In this document: in pieces, positions 11,965 to 20,394 of the stretch | Numbering within the stretch: the first letter of the stretch is position 1 | Layout: every line of letters starts with the position of its first letter | DNA from: an uncultured Micrococcales bacterium | GTDB lineage: Bacteria; Actinomycetota; Actinomycetes; Actinomycetales; Microbacteriaceae | Assembly (NCBI GenBank): GCA_903893675.1 | Contig: CAITNA010000174.1 | Span: forward strand, 1 to 55,945 | Length of the DNA: 55,945 nucleotides | Direction of reading: 5' to 3' | Notes under the pieces: generated by a model | Told to the model about the DNA's origin: nothing | Seen by the model: the letters and a program-made list of their open reading frames with translations, nothing else | The model's database searches: none | Program-made: the position numbers and the translations under genes

Positions 11965-13812
11965 ATGACTATGCATGGCGGCCCGATGGGGCGATTTGGC
12001 GGAGACGTCGACAAACTTCGAGCGAAGAACTCTGAAGCCCCGAAAATCAAGGACCTCGGCAAGCGAATTGCTGGGCTGTTCGCCCCGCACAAGGCCACAC
12101 TTGGCCTGACCATCGTGCTGATCCTTATCGGCGCCGGCCTGAGCATCATGCCGCCGCTGCTGATTCAAGAGGCCTTCAACCAGGGCCTGTTCCCGGCTCA
12201 CGGGCTGCCTGACCTCGGCCTGTTGACCTCAATCGTTTGGCTCATCATCGGCATCTTCGTGGTCAACGGCCTGCTCGGCATCGGCCAGACCTACCTGACC
12301 ACCAAGGTCGGCAACAACGTGATGGGCGCTCTGCGCGTCAAGCTGTTCGATCACCTTCAGTCGATGGAGCTCGCGTTCTTCACCAAGACCAAAACCGGTG
12401 TGATTCAGTCGCGTCTGCAGAACGACGTCGGTGGCGTGGCCAACGTGCTGAGCAACACGGTTTCGACCGTGATTGGCAACACCGTCACAGTGCTAGCGGC
12501 GATCGTTGCGATGCTGTTGCTGAACTGGCAGCTCACCATCGTGGCGATGGTCTTGCTGCCGCTTATGGTTTTGCTTCAGCGCAAGGTTGGTCAGGTTCGC
12601 GGAAAGATTGCCGGCAAGACTCAAGAGTCGCTCAGTGAGATGTCTGCAATCACGCAAGAGGCCCTCGGTGTCAGCGGAATCTTGCTCGCCAAGTCATTCG
12701 GTCGACAGCAGCAAGAAGTCGAGCGCTACAAGAGCGAAAACCAAAACCAAATCGGTTTGCAGATTCGCCAGACCATGAGCGGTCAAGGCTTCTTCACGAT
12801 GGTGCAAATCTTCCTGTCGTCCATCCCAGCGGTTTTGTATTTAACTGCCGGATGGCTGATCACTCACAACGTGATGATCACCGCCGGAACCGTGGTTGCT
12901 TTCACCATGGCCCAGTCGCGCTTGATGTTCCCGCTGATGGGAATCATGCAGATTGCGCTCGACCTGCAAACCTCGTCTGCGCTGTTTGCCCGAATCTTTG
13001 AGTATCTCGATTTGAAGCCTGCGATTGTCGACCCTGCGAGCCCAAAGAAAATTGCCAAGAAGAATCTAGGCAAGATTCGTTTTGAGAACGTGGTGTTCTC
13101 ATACCCAGAGTCGGGTGAAGGCACCGCGCCGACGCTCAAGGGCATTTCGTTCGAGATTGAGCCGAACCAATACGCGGCATTTGTCGGGCCATCTGGCTCG
13201 GGCAAGACCACGATTGCCTACCTGATCCCCCGCTTCTATGACGCCACCGGCGGCTCGATTCAGTTCGCCGGAGAGGATGTGCGCGACCTAACTCACGCCG
13301 ACCTGACCGCCAACATCGGCATCGTCAACCAGGAGACTTACCTCTTCTATGACACGATTCGGGCCAACATCGCCTATGCCAAGCCGTCTGCAAGCCAGGC
13401 GGAGATTGAGGCTGCGGCCAAGGCGGCGAACATCCACGACACCATCATGAGCTTTCCGAAGGGCTATGACACGACCGTTGGCGAACGTGGCTATCGCCTC
13501 AGCGGTGGCGAGAAGCAGCGCATCGCGATTGCGCGCGTGCTTCTGAAGAACCCTCCGGTGGTCATCTTGGATGAGGCGACAAGTGCGATGGATACCGTGA
13601 GCGAGCGCATCGTTCAGGCGACGCTCGATTCGGCAATTGCCGGTCGCACGACTATTGCGATTGCCCACCGACTTTCGACAGTGGTTAAGGCCGACGTGAT
13701 TTTTGTGATCAAAGATGGCGAAATCATCGAACGCGGAACCCACCGCAAGTTGATGGCCGCTAAGGGCTTCTACTTCAAGCTAGTTTCTGAACAGGCGCAA
13801 GTAACCGCTTAG
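11965..13812 (+). CDS. ABC exporter, fused permease/ATPase half-transporter
   Basis: N-terminal TM domain, Walker A GPSGSGKT, signature LSGGEKQR, Walker B ILDEATS, H-loop IAHRLST. TAGATT lies 7 nt before the ATG. Confidence 0.93.
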   Translation: MTMHGGPMGRFGGDVDKLRAKNSEAPKIKDLGKRIAGLFAPHKATLGLTIVLILIGAGLSIMPPLLIQEAFNQGLFPAHGLPDLGLLTSIVWLIIGIFVVNGLLGIGQTYLTTKVGNNVMGALRVKLFDHLQSMELAFFTKTKTGVIQSRLQNDVGGVANVLSNTVSTVIGNTVTVLAAIVAMLLLNWQLTIVAMVLLPLMVLLQRKVGQVRGKIAGKTQESLSEMSAITQEALGVSGILLAKSFGRQQQEVERYKSENQNQIGLQIRQTMSGQGFFTMVQIFLSSIPAVLYLTAGWLITHNVMITAGTVVAFTMAQSRLMFPLMGIMQIALDLQTSSALFARIFEYLDLKPAIVDPASPKKIAKKNLGKIRFENVVFSYPESGEGTAPTLKGISFEIEPNQYAAFVGPSGSGKTTIAYLIPRFYDATGGSIQFAGEDVRDLTHADLTANIGIVNQETYLFYDTIRANIAYAKPSASQAEIEAAAKAANIHDTIMSFPKGYDTTVGERGYRLSGGEKQRIAIARVLLKNPPVVILDEATSAMDTVSERIVQATLDSAIAGRTTIAIAHRLSTVVKADVIFVIKDGEIIERGTHRKLMAAKGFYFKLVSEQAQVTA

Positions 13813-13901
13813 TTCTGCACAGTTTTCTCGCTCGCAAACTTAAACCGCGCGCAGAACCCCACACTCGATGCAGGTGTTGCGTCTACGCGGCAACACTCGC
13901 C

Positions 13902-13937
13902 AAAACAAAAAGACCCGCCGAGGCGAGTCTTTTTGTT
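13902..13937 (-). terminator. Intrinsic terminator, possibly bidirectional (sRNA on minus, ABC gene on plus)
   Basis: Minus strand: AGACTCGC-CTCG-GCGGGTCT followed by TTTTGTTTT. A/T tracts flank both sides. Confidence 0.75.
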
Positions 13938-13989
13938 AATTGGCCCCAGTTGGATCCGGGATGGATGTCCTAAAAACATTCAGCCACAC
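13902..13989 (-). ncRNA. Candidate small RNA (~88 nt), family unassigned
   Basis: Bounded by a TTGCAC-N17-TAACAT promoter and a hairpin plus U-tract terminator on the same strand; two internal hairpins; no RBS-supported ORF inside. Confidence 0.55.
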
Positions 13990-13996
13990 AACTGAA

Positions 13997-14025
13997 ATGT
14001 TATGCGCATCACTACGGATGTGCAA
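13997..14025 (-). promoter_or_regulatory. SigA-type promoter with an overlapping palindrome
   Basis: -35 TTGCAC (14020-14025), 17-nt spacer, -10 TAACAT (13997-14002). Imperfect palindrome TGTTATGCGCATCACT at 13998-14013. Confidence 0.65.
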
Positions 14026-14075
14026 GGACATTCATCGCGGGCCCTTCCTGCACGTAGTAGGGGAAGGGGGAACGA

Positions 14076-14180
14076 ATGGAGGCTAAACCTAAATTCGTTC
14101 GAGCCATTCTGAGCGGCTTGCTGATCCAGGCGTTTGTGCGCCTGATGCTGTGGCTGCTTCAAAGAATGCTCGACAGATAG
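14076..14180 (+). CDS. Putative 34-aa hydrophobic small protein
   Basis: MEAKPKFVRAILSGLLIQAFVRLMLWLLQRMLDR*. A purine-rich RBS (GAAGGGGG) ends 5 nt before the ATG and a hairpin follows the stop. Too short for the ORF track. Confidence 0.45.
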   Translation: MEAKPKFVRAILSGLLIQAFVRLMLWLLQRMLDR

Positions 14181-14185
14181 TCGAG

Positions 14186-14219
14186 GTGAACCGCGGTTTC
14201 GGCCGCGGTTCACGCTTTT
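14186..14219. terminator. Strong hairpin between the small ORF (+) and asparaginase (-)
   Basis: GTGAACCGCGGT-TTCG-GCCGCGGTTCAC followed by GCTTTT on the plus strand. Confidence 0.7.
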
Positions 14220-15132
14220 AAAATGCGCGGAGTTCGCCCTGCGATAGCCCGCCACCGAGTGTTGGTACCGCGAGCGCGGCGTGCAGTTCGCGATAGTGTG
14301 CTTCACCGAGCAGTCCGTTTTCGTGAAGCATCTTGATTGCCAACAGTGGTGCAGCGCGCAGGTTGCCATCGGCAATCTTGATTGCCAAGCCGTGACCATC
14401 TCGAGAGCCGACAGCAAAGACTCCCTCTGCCCCGTTCTTCGCGACGAAGCCAGCGTCGAGCAAGATCGCGTCGGCCACTCCGTGGTTAGAAATCACCCAG
14501 CCGTTCGAAGTGAGTGCATCGACGAGTTCGGGCTCGGTGGCGGTCAGTTTGCCGATCGCTCTGGCGACCCCATCCACGGTCATGGCGTGCAGAGGAGCCC
14601 CGCAGCCGTCGACGCTTGAGTGCAGAATGCGCTCGCCCGAGAACTCTTCGAGCACCTCGATCACAAGGCGTTGAAGCGGGTGGTCGATAGAGAGGTAGTT
14701 CTCAGTCGGCCAGCCATTCAAGACAGAGGTGGCAAGGAACCCGGCGTGCTTGCCAGAGCAGTTGTATTTGATGCCGTCAGGGCACTGAAGGGCCGACTCA
14801 GCTAGCCCTGCGCCAGTCAGGACTGAGCGCACCAGGTCCAGGTGGGCGGCGGTGCCGCGGTGGCTGGCCGAGGTGATGGCCAGTTCGGCTCCCGATAGGG
14901 CCAGACCAGCACGACGCATGGCCACGGTCTGCAGCGGCTTGATCGCCGAACGCGGGTAGATCAGGCGCTTGGGGTTGCCGCGCTGGGCCACCGGCTTGCC
15001 ATCCGGGTCGGTCAAAACGGCGATGCCGCGGTGTCTCGATTCGACCAAACCGCCCCTGGTCAATTCGGCAACTTCAACGAAATCGCCGGGCTTGGCGGCC
15101 AGCATTTGAACGGTCTCTTGGTCTGGGGTCAT
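14218..15132 (-). CDS. L-asparaginase II (Rhizobium AnsA-type) family protein
   Basis: 'RGGLVESRHRG', 'RSAIKPLQ', 'SASHRG', 'NCSGKHAG', 'VDGCGAP', 'KNGAEGV', 'KIADG'. ATG at 15132 lies 6 nt after TAGATT. Confidence 0.88.
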   Translation of the reverse strand: MTPDQETVQMLAAKPGDFVEVAELTRGGLVESRHRGIAVLTDPDGKPVAQRGNPKRLIYPRSAIKPLQTVAMRRAGLALSGAELAITSASHRGTAAHLDLVRSVLTGAGLAESALQCPDGIKYNCSGKHAGFLATSVLNGWPTENYLSIDHPLQRLVIEVLEEFSGERILHSSVDGCGAPLHAMTVDGVARAIGKLTATEPELVDALTSNGWVISNHGVADAILLDAGFVAKNGAEGVFAVGSRDGHGLAIKIADGNLRAAPLLAIKMLHENGLLGEAHYRELHAALAVPTLGGGLSQGELRAF

Positions 15133-15159
15133 AGTCAAAATCTAAGGGATAATCGTTAA
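15133..15159. promoter_or_regulatory. Back-to-back leaderless -10 elements
   Basis: TAGATT (minus, 15139-15144) + 6 nt + ATG 15132; GATAAT (plus, 15148-15153) + 6 nt + ATG 15160. Confidence 0.6.
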
Positions 15160-16623
15160 ATGTCGACCTCAGAAACCGCCCTCCTCGCATCCGTTCCAAG
15201 CCAGCTTTTCATCGGCGGCCAGTGGGTCGACGGGTCGGGCAGCCAGGGCATCGAGGTCGAAGACCCGGCCACCGGCAAGGTGCTCAAGACCATTGCCAAC
15301 GCAACATCCGAGGATGCACTGCGTGCGCTGACCGCAGCCGACGAGGCTCAGGCGAAGTGGGCCAAGACCGCCCCGCGCGAGCGCGCCGAGATCTTGCGCC
15401 GAACCTTCGAGCTGGTTCGCGAACGCAGCGAGGAATTCGCCACCCTTATTTCACTCGAGATGGGCAAGCCGCTTGCTGAGGCTCGTGGCGAGGTTACCTA
15501 CGGAAACGAATTCCTGCGCTGGTTCAGCGAAGAGGCCTCGCGCATCTCGGGCCGCTTCGGCTCGAACCCTGAGGGCACTGGCAACATGCTCATCACAATG
15601 CGCCCGGTTGGCCCAGCATTCGCAATCACTCCGTGGAACTTTCCACTCGCGATGGCAACTCGAAAGATCGGCCCGGCAATCGCCGCTGGTTGCACCATCG
15701 TGGTCAAGCCTGCCGAGCTAACTCCGCTCACTACTTTGCTGCTCGCAAAGACCATGCAAGAGGCGGGTCTGCCAGATGGCGTGCTGAACGTTTTCACCAC
15801 CAACACTTCTGCTGAGGCATCCGGGCCAGTAATCGCAGACCCTCGCCTGCGCAAGCTCACCTTCACCGGTTCGACACCGGTCGGCGTGAAGTTGCTCGAG
15901 CAGGCAGCGCAGAACGTGCTTCGCACTTCGATGGAGCTCGGTGGCAACGCACCGTTCCTAGTGTTCGAGGATGCCGACATTGACGCAGCCGTAACCGGAG
16001 CAATGCAGGCAAAGATGCGCAACATCGGTCAGGCGTGCACCGCAGCAAATCGCTTCATCGTTCACGAAGCAGTTGCCGGTGAATTCGCAAACAAGTTCGC
16101 CGAAAAGATGAGCGCGCTCACACTCGGTCGCGGCGTCGATGAAGACACCACCTGCGGACCAGTGATCAACGAGAAGGCTCGCACCAACATCAAGCGCCTG
16201 GTCGACAGCGCGACCGCACAGGGTGCAAACATCGTCACCGGCGGCGGCGCTACCGGCAGCGAGGGTTACTTCTTCGAGCCGACCGTAATCGATCACGTGA
16301 AGCCTGGGTCGAGCATCCTTGCTGAAGAGATTTTCGGCCCGGTCGCGCCAATCGTGCGATTCAAGACCGAAGACGAGGCCGTGCGACTGGCCAACGACAC
16401 GCAATACGGTCTGGTCAGCTATGCCTTCACCGAAGACCTGAAGCGCGGCATGCGCCTGGTCGAGAGCCTCGACAGCGGCATGAGCGGCATCAACACCGGC
16501 CTGGTCTCGAACGCGGCGGCCCCATTCGGCGGCGTCAAGCAGTCGGGCCTCGGTCGCGAGGGTGGCGCCGAGGGCATCAACGAATACCTCGAGACCCGCT
16601 ACGTTCTTTTGCCAAAGGCATAA
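15160..16623 (+). CDS. gabD: NAD(P)-dependent succinate-semialdehyde dehydrogenase
   Basis: 'ITPWNFPLAMATRK', 'FTGST', 'MELGGNAPF', catalytic Cys in 'GQACTAAN', 'EEIFGP', 'PFGGVKQSGLGREG'. Confidence 0.9.
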   Translation: MSTSETALLASVPSQLFIGGQWVDGSGSQGIEVEDPATGKVLKTIANATSEDALRALTAADEAQAKWAKTAPRERAEILRRTFELVRERSEEFATLISLEMGKPLAEARGEVTYGNEFLRWFSEEASRISGRFGSNPEGTGNMLITMRPVGPAFAITPWNFPLAMATRKIGPAIAAGCTIVVKPAELTPLTTLLLAKTMQEAGLPDGVLNVFTTNTSAEASGPVIADPRLRKLTFTGSTPVGVKLLEQAAQNVLRTSMELGGNAPFLVFEDADIDAAVTGAMQAKMRNIGQACTAANRFIVHEAVAGEFANKFAEKMSALTLGRGVDEDTTCGPVINEKARTNIKRLVDSATAQGANIVTGGGATGSEGYFFEPTVIDHVKPGSSILAEEIFGPVAPIVRFKTEDEAVRLANDTQYGLVSYAFTEDLKRGMRLVESLDSGMSGINTGLVSNAAAPFGGVKQSGLGREGGAEGINEYLETRYVLLPKA

Positions 16624-16626
16624 GCC

Positions 16627-17325
16627 ATGAGTCGCCCACGCATCGCAATCCTCGGCCGCTTCGCCAAAGGCAGCACCGCCAACCGCAAAGAGGCAATCGT
16701 CAACTCACGACGCCTGCTCGAAATGATCTGGGATGCCGGCGGTGACCCGGTGATGATGCTTCCGGTTATCGAGAGCAACTGGGATGAACGCCTCATCGGC
16801 ATCTCGGGAATCCTGATGCCAGGCGGCGCTGACGTGCATCCTAAGTTTTACGGGCAAGAGATTCAGAGCGACGAGGTATACGGCTGCGACCCAGAGCAAG
16901 ACGAGGTCGACATCTCTCTAATTCGCTACGCGATCGCAAACAAGATTCCGCTGCTCACCATTTGTCGCGGCACTCAGGTGGCAAACGTTGCACTCGGCGG
17001 CACGCTGGTTCAGCACATGGACGCTCCACACCGCGATCACATGGCACCCGTCACGATTTCGAAAGAACTCGGCGAGCTCGGGTTGACCGAGGGCACCGTG
17101 AGTGCGTCGTGCTTCCACCACCAGATTCTCGATCGCGTTGCCGATGGCATCGAACCAATCGCGTGGGCACCTGAGGGTCACATCGAAGCGGTTAAGTACC
17201 TCAACACCGGTTGGGCATTCGGCGTGCAGTGGCACCCTGAAGACAACTACAAGGATGACTCGCCAAACTTTGCAATCATCAAACGCTTCGTCGCCGAGTC
17301 GTCAGACTTCGCGAGTTCGCTTTAG
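16627..17325 (+). CDS. Gamma-glutamyl-gamma-aminobutyrate hydrolase family (peptidase C26, PuuD-like)
   Basis: 'PGGADVHP..YG', 'ICRG.QV.NVALGGTL', 'GVQWHPE' Cys-His-Glu triad; 3 nt after gabD. Confidence 0.88.
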   Translation: MSRPRIAILGRFAKGSTANRKEAIVNSRRLLEMIWDAGGDPVMMLPVIESNWDERLIGISGILMPGGADVHPKFYGQEIQSDEVYGCDPEQDEVDISLIRYAIANKIPLLTICRGTQVANVALGGTLVQHMDAPHRDHMAPVTISKELGELGLTEGTVSASCFHHQILDRVADGIEPIAWAPEGHIEAVKYLNTGWAFGVQWHPEDNYKDDSPNFAIIKRFVAESSDFASSL

Positions 17326-17333
17326 CGCGTCAG

Positions 17334-19016
17334 TTACCTTGCAGCGCCGAAGCGCTTCACCACGGATGAACGTGCAGGCGTTGGTGCAACGACCTTGAAT
17401 TTCGCGCCGAGCTTTGGTCGTGCATCCTTGTCGCCCTTGTTTGGCCAGTGAGCCGCAGCCCACTCGGCCTGAGCGGTAATCGATAGCGACGGGTTCACGC
17501 CCGGGTTCGCTGACAGGGTCGAACCATCGAAGATGTGCAGGCCGGGCTCGCCGTATGCGCGCAGGTAGCCATCGACAACACCCTCGGCAGCGCTTGCCCC
17601 GATGACGCAACCACCCAGGAAGTGTGCGGTCATCGGAATGCCGAAGGCCTCGGTGGTCACGGCTCCGGCGGTTCCGTCGATCTCGGTTTCGAGCTCGCGG
17701 GCGACCTGGTGGCCTAGCTCGACCCAGTGCGGGTTCGGCTCGCCGGTGCCCTGCTTCGAGACCAGGCGTGAGCCGAATAGGCCTCGTTTGAGCGAGGTGA
17801 CCAGCGAGTTGTCGCGTGACTGCATCACAAGCAGAATCAGGGTGCGCTTTGGCCACTGGCGCAGGTTGTAGAACTTCGGCAGCTTCGCGAGGTTGCGAAG
17901 GCCTGTGGTGAACCAGCGGGCCGGAGTTGGCGGCTTGCCATCTGAGGTGCTGGCCATGATCGACTGCAAGAAGCCCATGAAGCCAGAGCCGTGGCCGTAG
18001 CGCACAGGCTCGATGTGGGTGTCTGGGCGGGGCCAGACGCTCGAGGTGATGGCACTGCCCTCGCTGTAGTCGACCTTGTCGCCGCGAGCTACAACGCCAA
18101 GCAACGACTCTGAGTTGGTTCGGCTGAACGAGCCGAGCATTGGGCTCAGATCCTGAAGGTTGCCGGCTGCGCGCACGCGCTGAAGCAGTTTGGCTGTGCC
18201 GAGAGCACCGGCGGCAACGATCACCTGATCGGCTGTGATGTGACTCTTCTTGGTGATGCCACTCGCCCAAGATGTTCGCGTCTCGATGTCGAAGGGCCCA
18301 TCGGCGGCAGCGACGCGACGGATGTTCGTGACAGTGGTTTCTGCGAGCACCTCTGCCCCGGCCTTCTCGGCAAGCCAGAGGTAGTTCTTCGCCAAAGTGT
18401 TCTTCGCACCGTGGCGACAACCGGTCATGCACTCGCCGCAGTTGATGCAGCTGGTGCGCTCTGGGCCAACACCGCCGAAGTATGGGTCTGCGGTTGTAGT
18501 GCCTGGTTCGAGTTTCTTCTTCGCGCCGAAGTAAATGCCAACCGGGGTTGGTCGATAGGTCTTGCCGAAACCCATTCGATCTGCAACATTGCGCAGCGCG
18601 CGGTCGCTGTTGCTGTCGAACGGGTTTACTTCGACACCGAGCATCTTCTCGGCGAGCGTGTAGTACGGGTCGAGTTCCTTCTGCCAATCGCAAACGCCGA
18701 CCCACGAACCGGTTTTGAAAAATGAAACCGGCGGGCGATAAAGCGTGTTCGCATAAACCAGTGATCCGCCACCGACACCGGCGCCACTCATCACCATTAC
18801 GTTGCTCAGCAGATCAATGCGCTGGATGCCTCGCAGACCCAGTCTCGGAAAGAACAGAAATCGCGAGAGTCTCCACGAAGTCTTGGCAAACTCATCGTCG
18901 GCAAAGCGGCGACCGGCTTCGATTACCAAAACGCGATAGCCCTTTTCGGTAAGGCGAAGGGCCGCGACCGAACCGCCGAAACCTGAGCCGATAATCGCTA
19001 CGTCGTAGTTAGACAT
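17334..19016 (-). CDS. GMC oxidoreductase, cholesterol-oxidase (ChoD)-like
   Basis: 'IGSGFGGSV' FAD motif, 'GVGGGSLVYAN', 'CINCGECMTGCR', 'TAHFLGGC', 'GVNPSLSI'. Confidence 0.88.
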   Translation of the reverse strand: MSNYDVAIIGSGFGGSVAALRLTEKGYRVLVIEAGRRFADDEFAKTSWRLSRFLFFPRLGLRGIQRIDLLSNVMVMSGAGVGGGSLVYANTLYRPPVSFFKTGSWVGVCDWQKELDPYYTLAEKMLGVEVNPFDSNSDRALRNVADRMGFGKTYRPTPVGIYFGAKKKLEPGTTTADPYFGGVGPERTSCINCGECMTGCRHGAKNTLAKNYLWLAEKAGAEVLAETTVTNIRRVAAADGPFDIETRTSWASGITKKSHITADQVIVAAGALGTAKLLQRVRAAGNLQDLSPMLGSFSRTNSESLLGVVARGDKVDYSEGSAITSSVWPRPDTHIEPVRYGHGSGFMGFLQSIMASTSDGKPPTPARWFTTGLRNLAKLPKFYNLRQWPKRTLILLVMQSRDNSLVTSLKRGLFGSRLVSKQGTGEPNPHWVELGHQVARELETEIDGTAGAVTTEAFGIPMTAHFLGGCVIGASAAEGVVDGYLRAYGEPGLHIFDGSTLSANPGVNPSLSITAQAEWAAAHWPNKGDKDARPKLGAKFKVVAPTPARSSVVKRFGAAR

Positions 19017-19046
19017 GTCGGCTCCTCATCCTGGGTTCTGGTTTGG

Positions 19047-20333
19047 TTATGGCATGCGCAGCGGCGAAGCCGGCATGCGCTCCTGCTGGTGCCACTTCAC
19101 GTCATAGCCGTGCTGCGAGCTGAGCAGATCGAGGAACGGCTTGGCATCGAAGCACTCTGGGCCTAGCACGCCGGCGCCCTTCCAGACACCTTCTGCCATG
19201 AGCTCTAGGGCGCAGAGCGGGTTGAAGGCTGTCTGCCAGACAACGCACTGCGACTCGTAGTTGTCCATGCTCCACTGGTTGTCGACCACGTTGTAGAGGT
19301 AGGTGGCACGCGGTTGGCCATCCTTGCCGGTGCCGGTAACCAGCACGCCGGCACAGGTCTTGCCGGTCATGCGCGGGCCGATCGAGGCTGGGTTCGGCAG
19401 CACGGCGGCAACGACATCGCGCGGGGCAACGTCGACTGGCCCCTGCGCCGAGCGCACGCGGGTCGGGCGGGTCCCATCGAGACCGAGGCGGTGCAGGGTC
19501 TTGAGCACACCGATGAAGTCGGCACCCAATCCGTATTTGAAGGTGAAGCGGTTCGCCTGAATCGTGCGCGGCAGCATGGTGACTTCTTCGTGCTCGACGT
19601 TCACACACTCAACCGCGCCGATGCCCTCTGGGAAATCGAAAATCTCAGGCTCGCTAAACGGCTGCGTGGTGATGAAGCCCTTGTCGCGCTGCCAAATCAA
19701 AGGCGGGTTCAAGCACTCTTCGATGGTCGTCCAGATTGAGAACGATGGTGCAAAGATTTCTTCGCCGTCATCATTGGTGACAACAAGGTTCGAGCCATCC
19801 TTGACTGAAACTTCGTCGATGCTCTCGAAAAGGTGATCTGCGGCATAGCGCGTGAAAACGTTCGAGAGCCCTGGCTCGACACCCATGCCGACCAGCGCCA
19901 ACTTGCCGGCGCGCTCCCACTGATCGTGAACGGCATACTGCGCATCGCCAAGCTTGATGCCTGGCAGGTGGAACGGGTCGCGCTCGTGTGGCTCAGACAG
20001 ACTCATCGCCATGTCCATGTAGTGCACACCTGCGGTGAAGGCCGCGCTGAAAATTGTGTTGACGAACTTTGGCTCGACGGCGTTCAAGATGTGAGTGATG
20101 TTGTGCGCCTGCGCAACCTCAACGATTTGCGCCGCGACCGATGCGTCGATCTTGGCTGCGGTGAACTGCGCTGCCTTTGCGTCGCCGTGGCGGTGGCGGA
20201 TCCACGCCACTACCGACTCGGCACGACCGAAGTCATAGTCGGCTACGACGATGTGCTCATAAAAATTGCGGGTTGCTGCGAGTTTTGCGATTGCCTCGCC
20301 GACGCCACCGGCGCCGATAAGCAAGATCTTCAT
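19047..20333 (-). CDS. Saccharopine dehydrogenase-family oxidoreductase
   Basis: 'LLIGAGGVG', 'YMDMA', 'GMGVEPGLSNV', 'VEHEE', 'GVLGPE.FD'. Confidence 0.85.
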   Translation of the reverse strand: MKILLIGAGGVGEAIAKLAATRNFYEHIVVADYDFGRAESVVAWIRHRHGDAKAAQFTAAKIDASVAAQIVEVAQAHNITHILNAVEPKFVNTIFSAAFTAGVHYMDMAMSLSEPHERDPFHLPGIKLGDAQYAVHDQWERAGKLALVGMGVEPGLSNVFTRYAADHLFESIDEVSVKDGSNLVVTNDDGEEIFAPSFSIWTTIEECLNPPLIWQRDKGFITTQPFSEPEIFDFPEGIGAVECVNVEHEEVTMLPRTIQANRFTFKYGLGADFIGVLKTLHRLGLDGTRPTRVRSAQGPVDVAPRDVVAAVLPNPASIGPRMTGKTCAGVLVTGTGKDGQPRATYLYNVVDNQWSMDNYESQCVVWQTAFNPLCALELMAEGVWKGAGVLGPECFDAKPFLDLLSSQHGYDVKWHQQERMPASPLRMP

Positions 20334-20394
20334 TGACTGCTCTAACTGTTTTGCCTGCTCCGTGGGAAGAATCGGGAGCTCGCTTCAAGCCTAA

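Noticed and set aside
11965-13812. ABC transporter as the exporter for the giant protein
   Set aside because: It is ~8 kb away on the opposite strand with no adaptor gene, and the giant protein has its own Sec-type signal peptide.
13980-14417. 145-aa minus-strand ORF crossing the intergenic region
   Set aside because: It starts out of frame inside asparaginase, runs through a hairpin and a promoter, and has no protein-like features.
17302-18705. 467-aa alternate-frame ORF over the GMC oxidase
   Set aside because: An Arg-rich off-frame translation typical of high-GC DNA; the 560-aa frame carries all the motifs.
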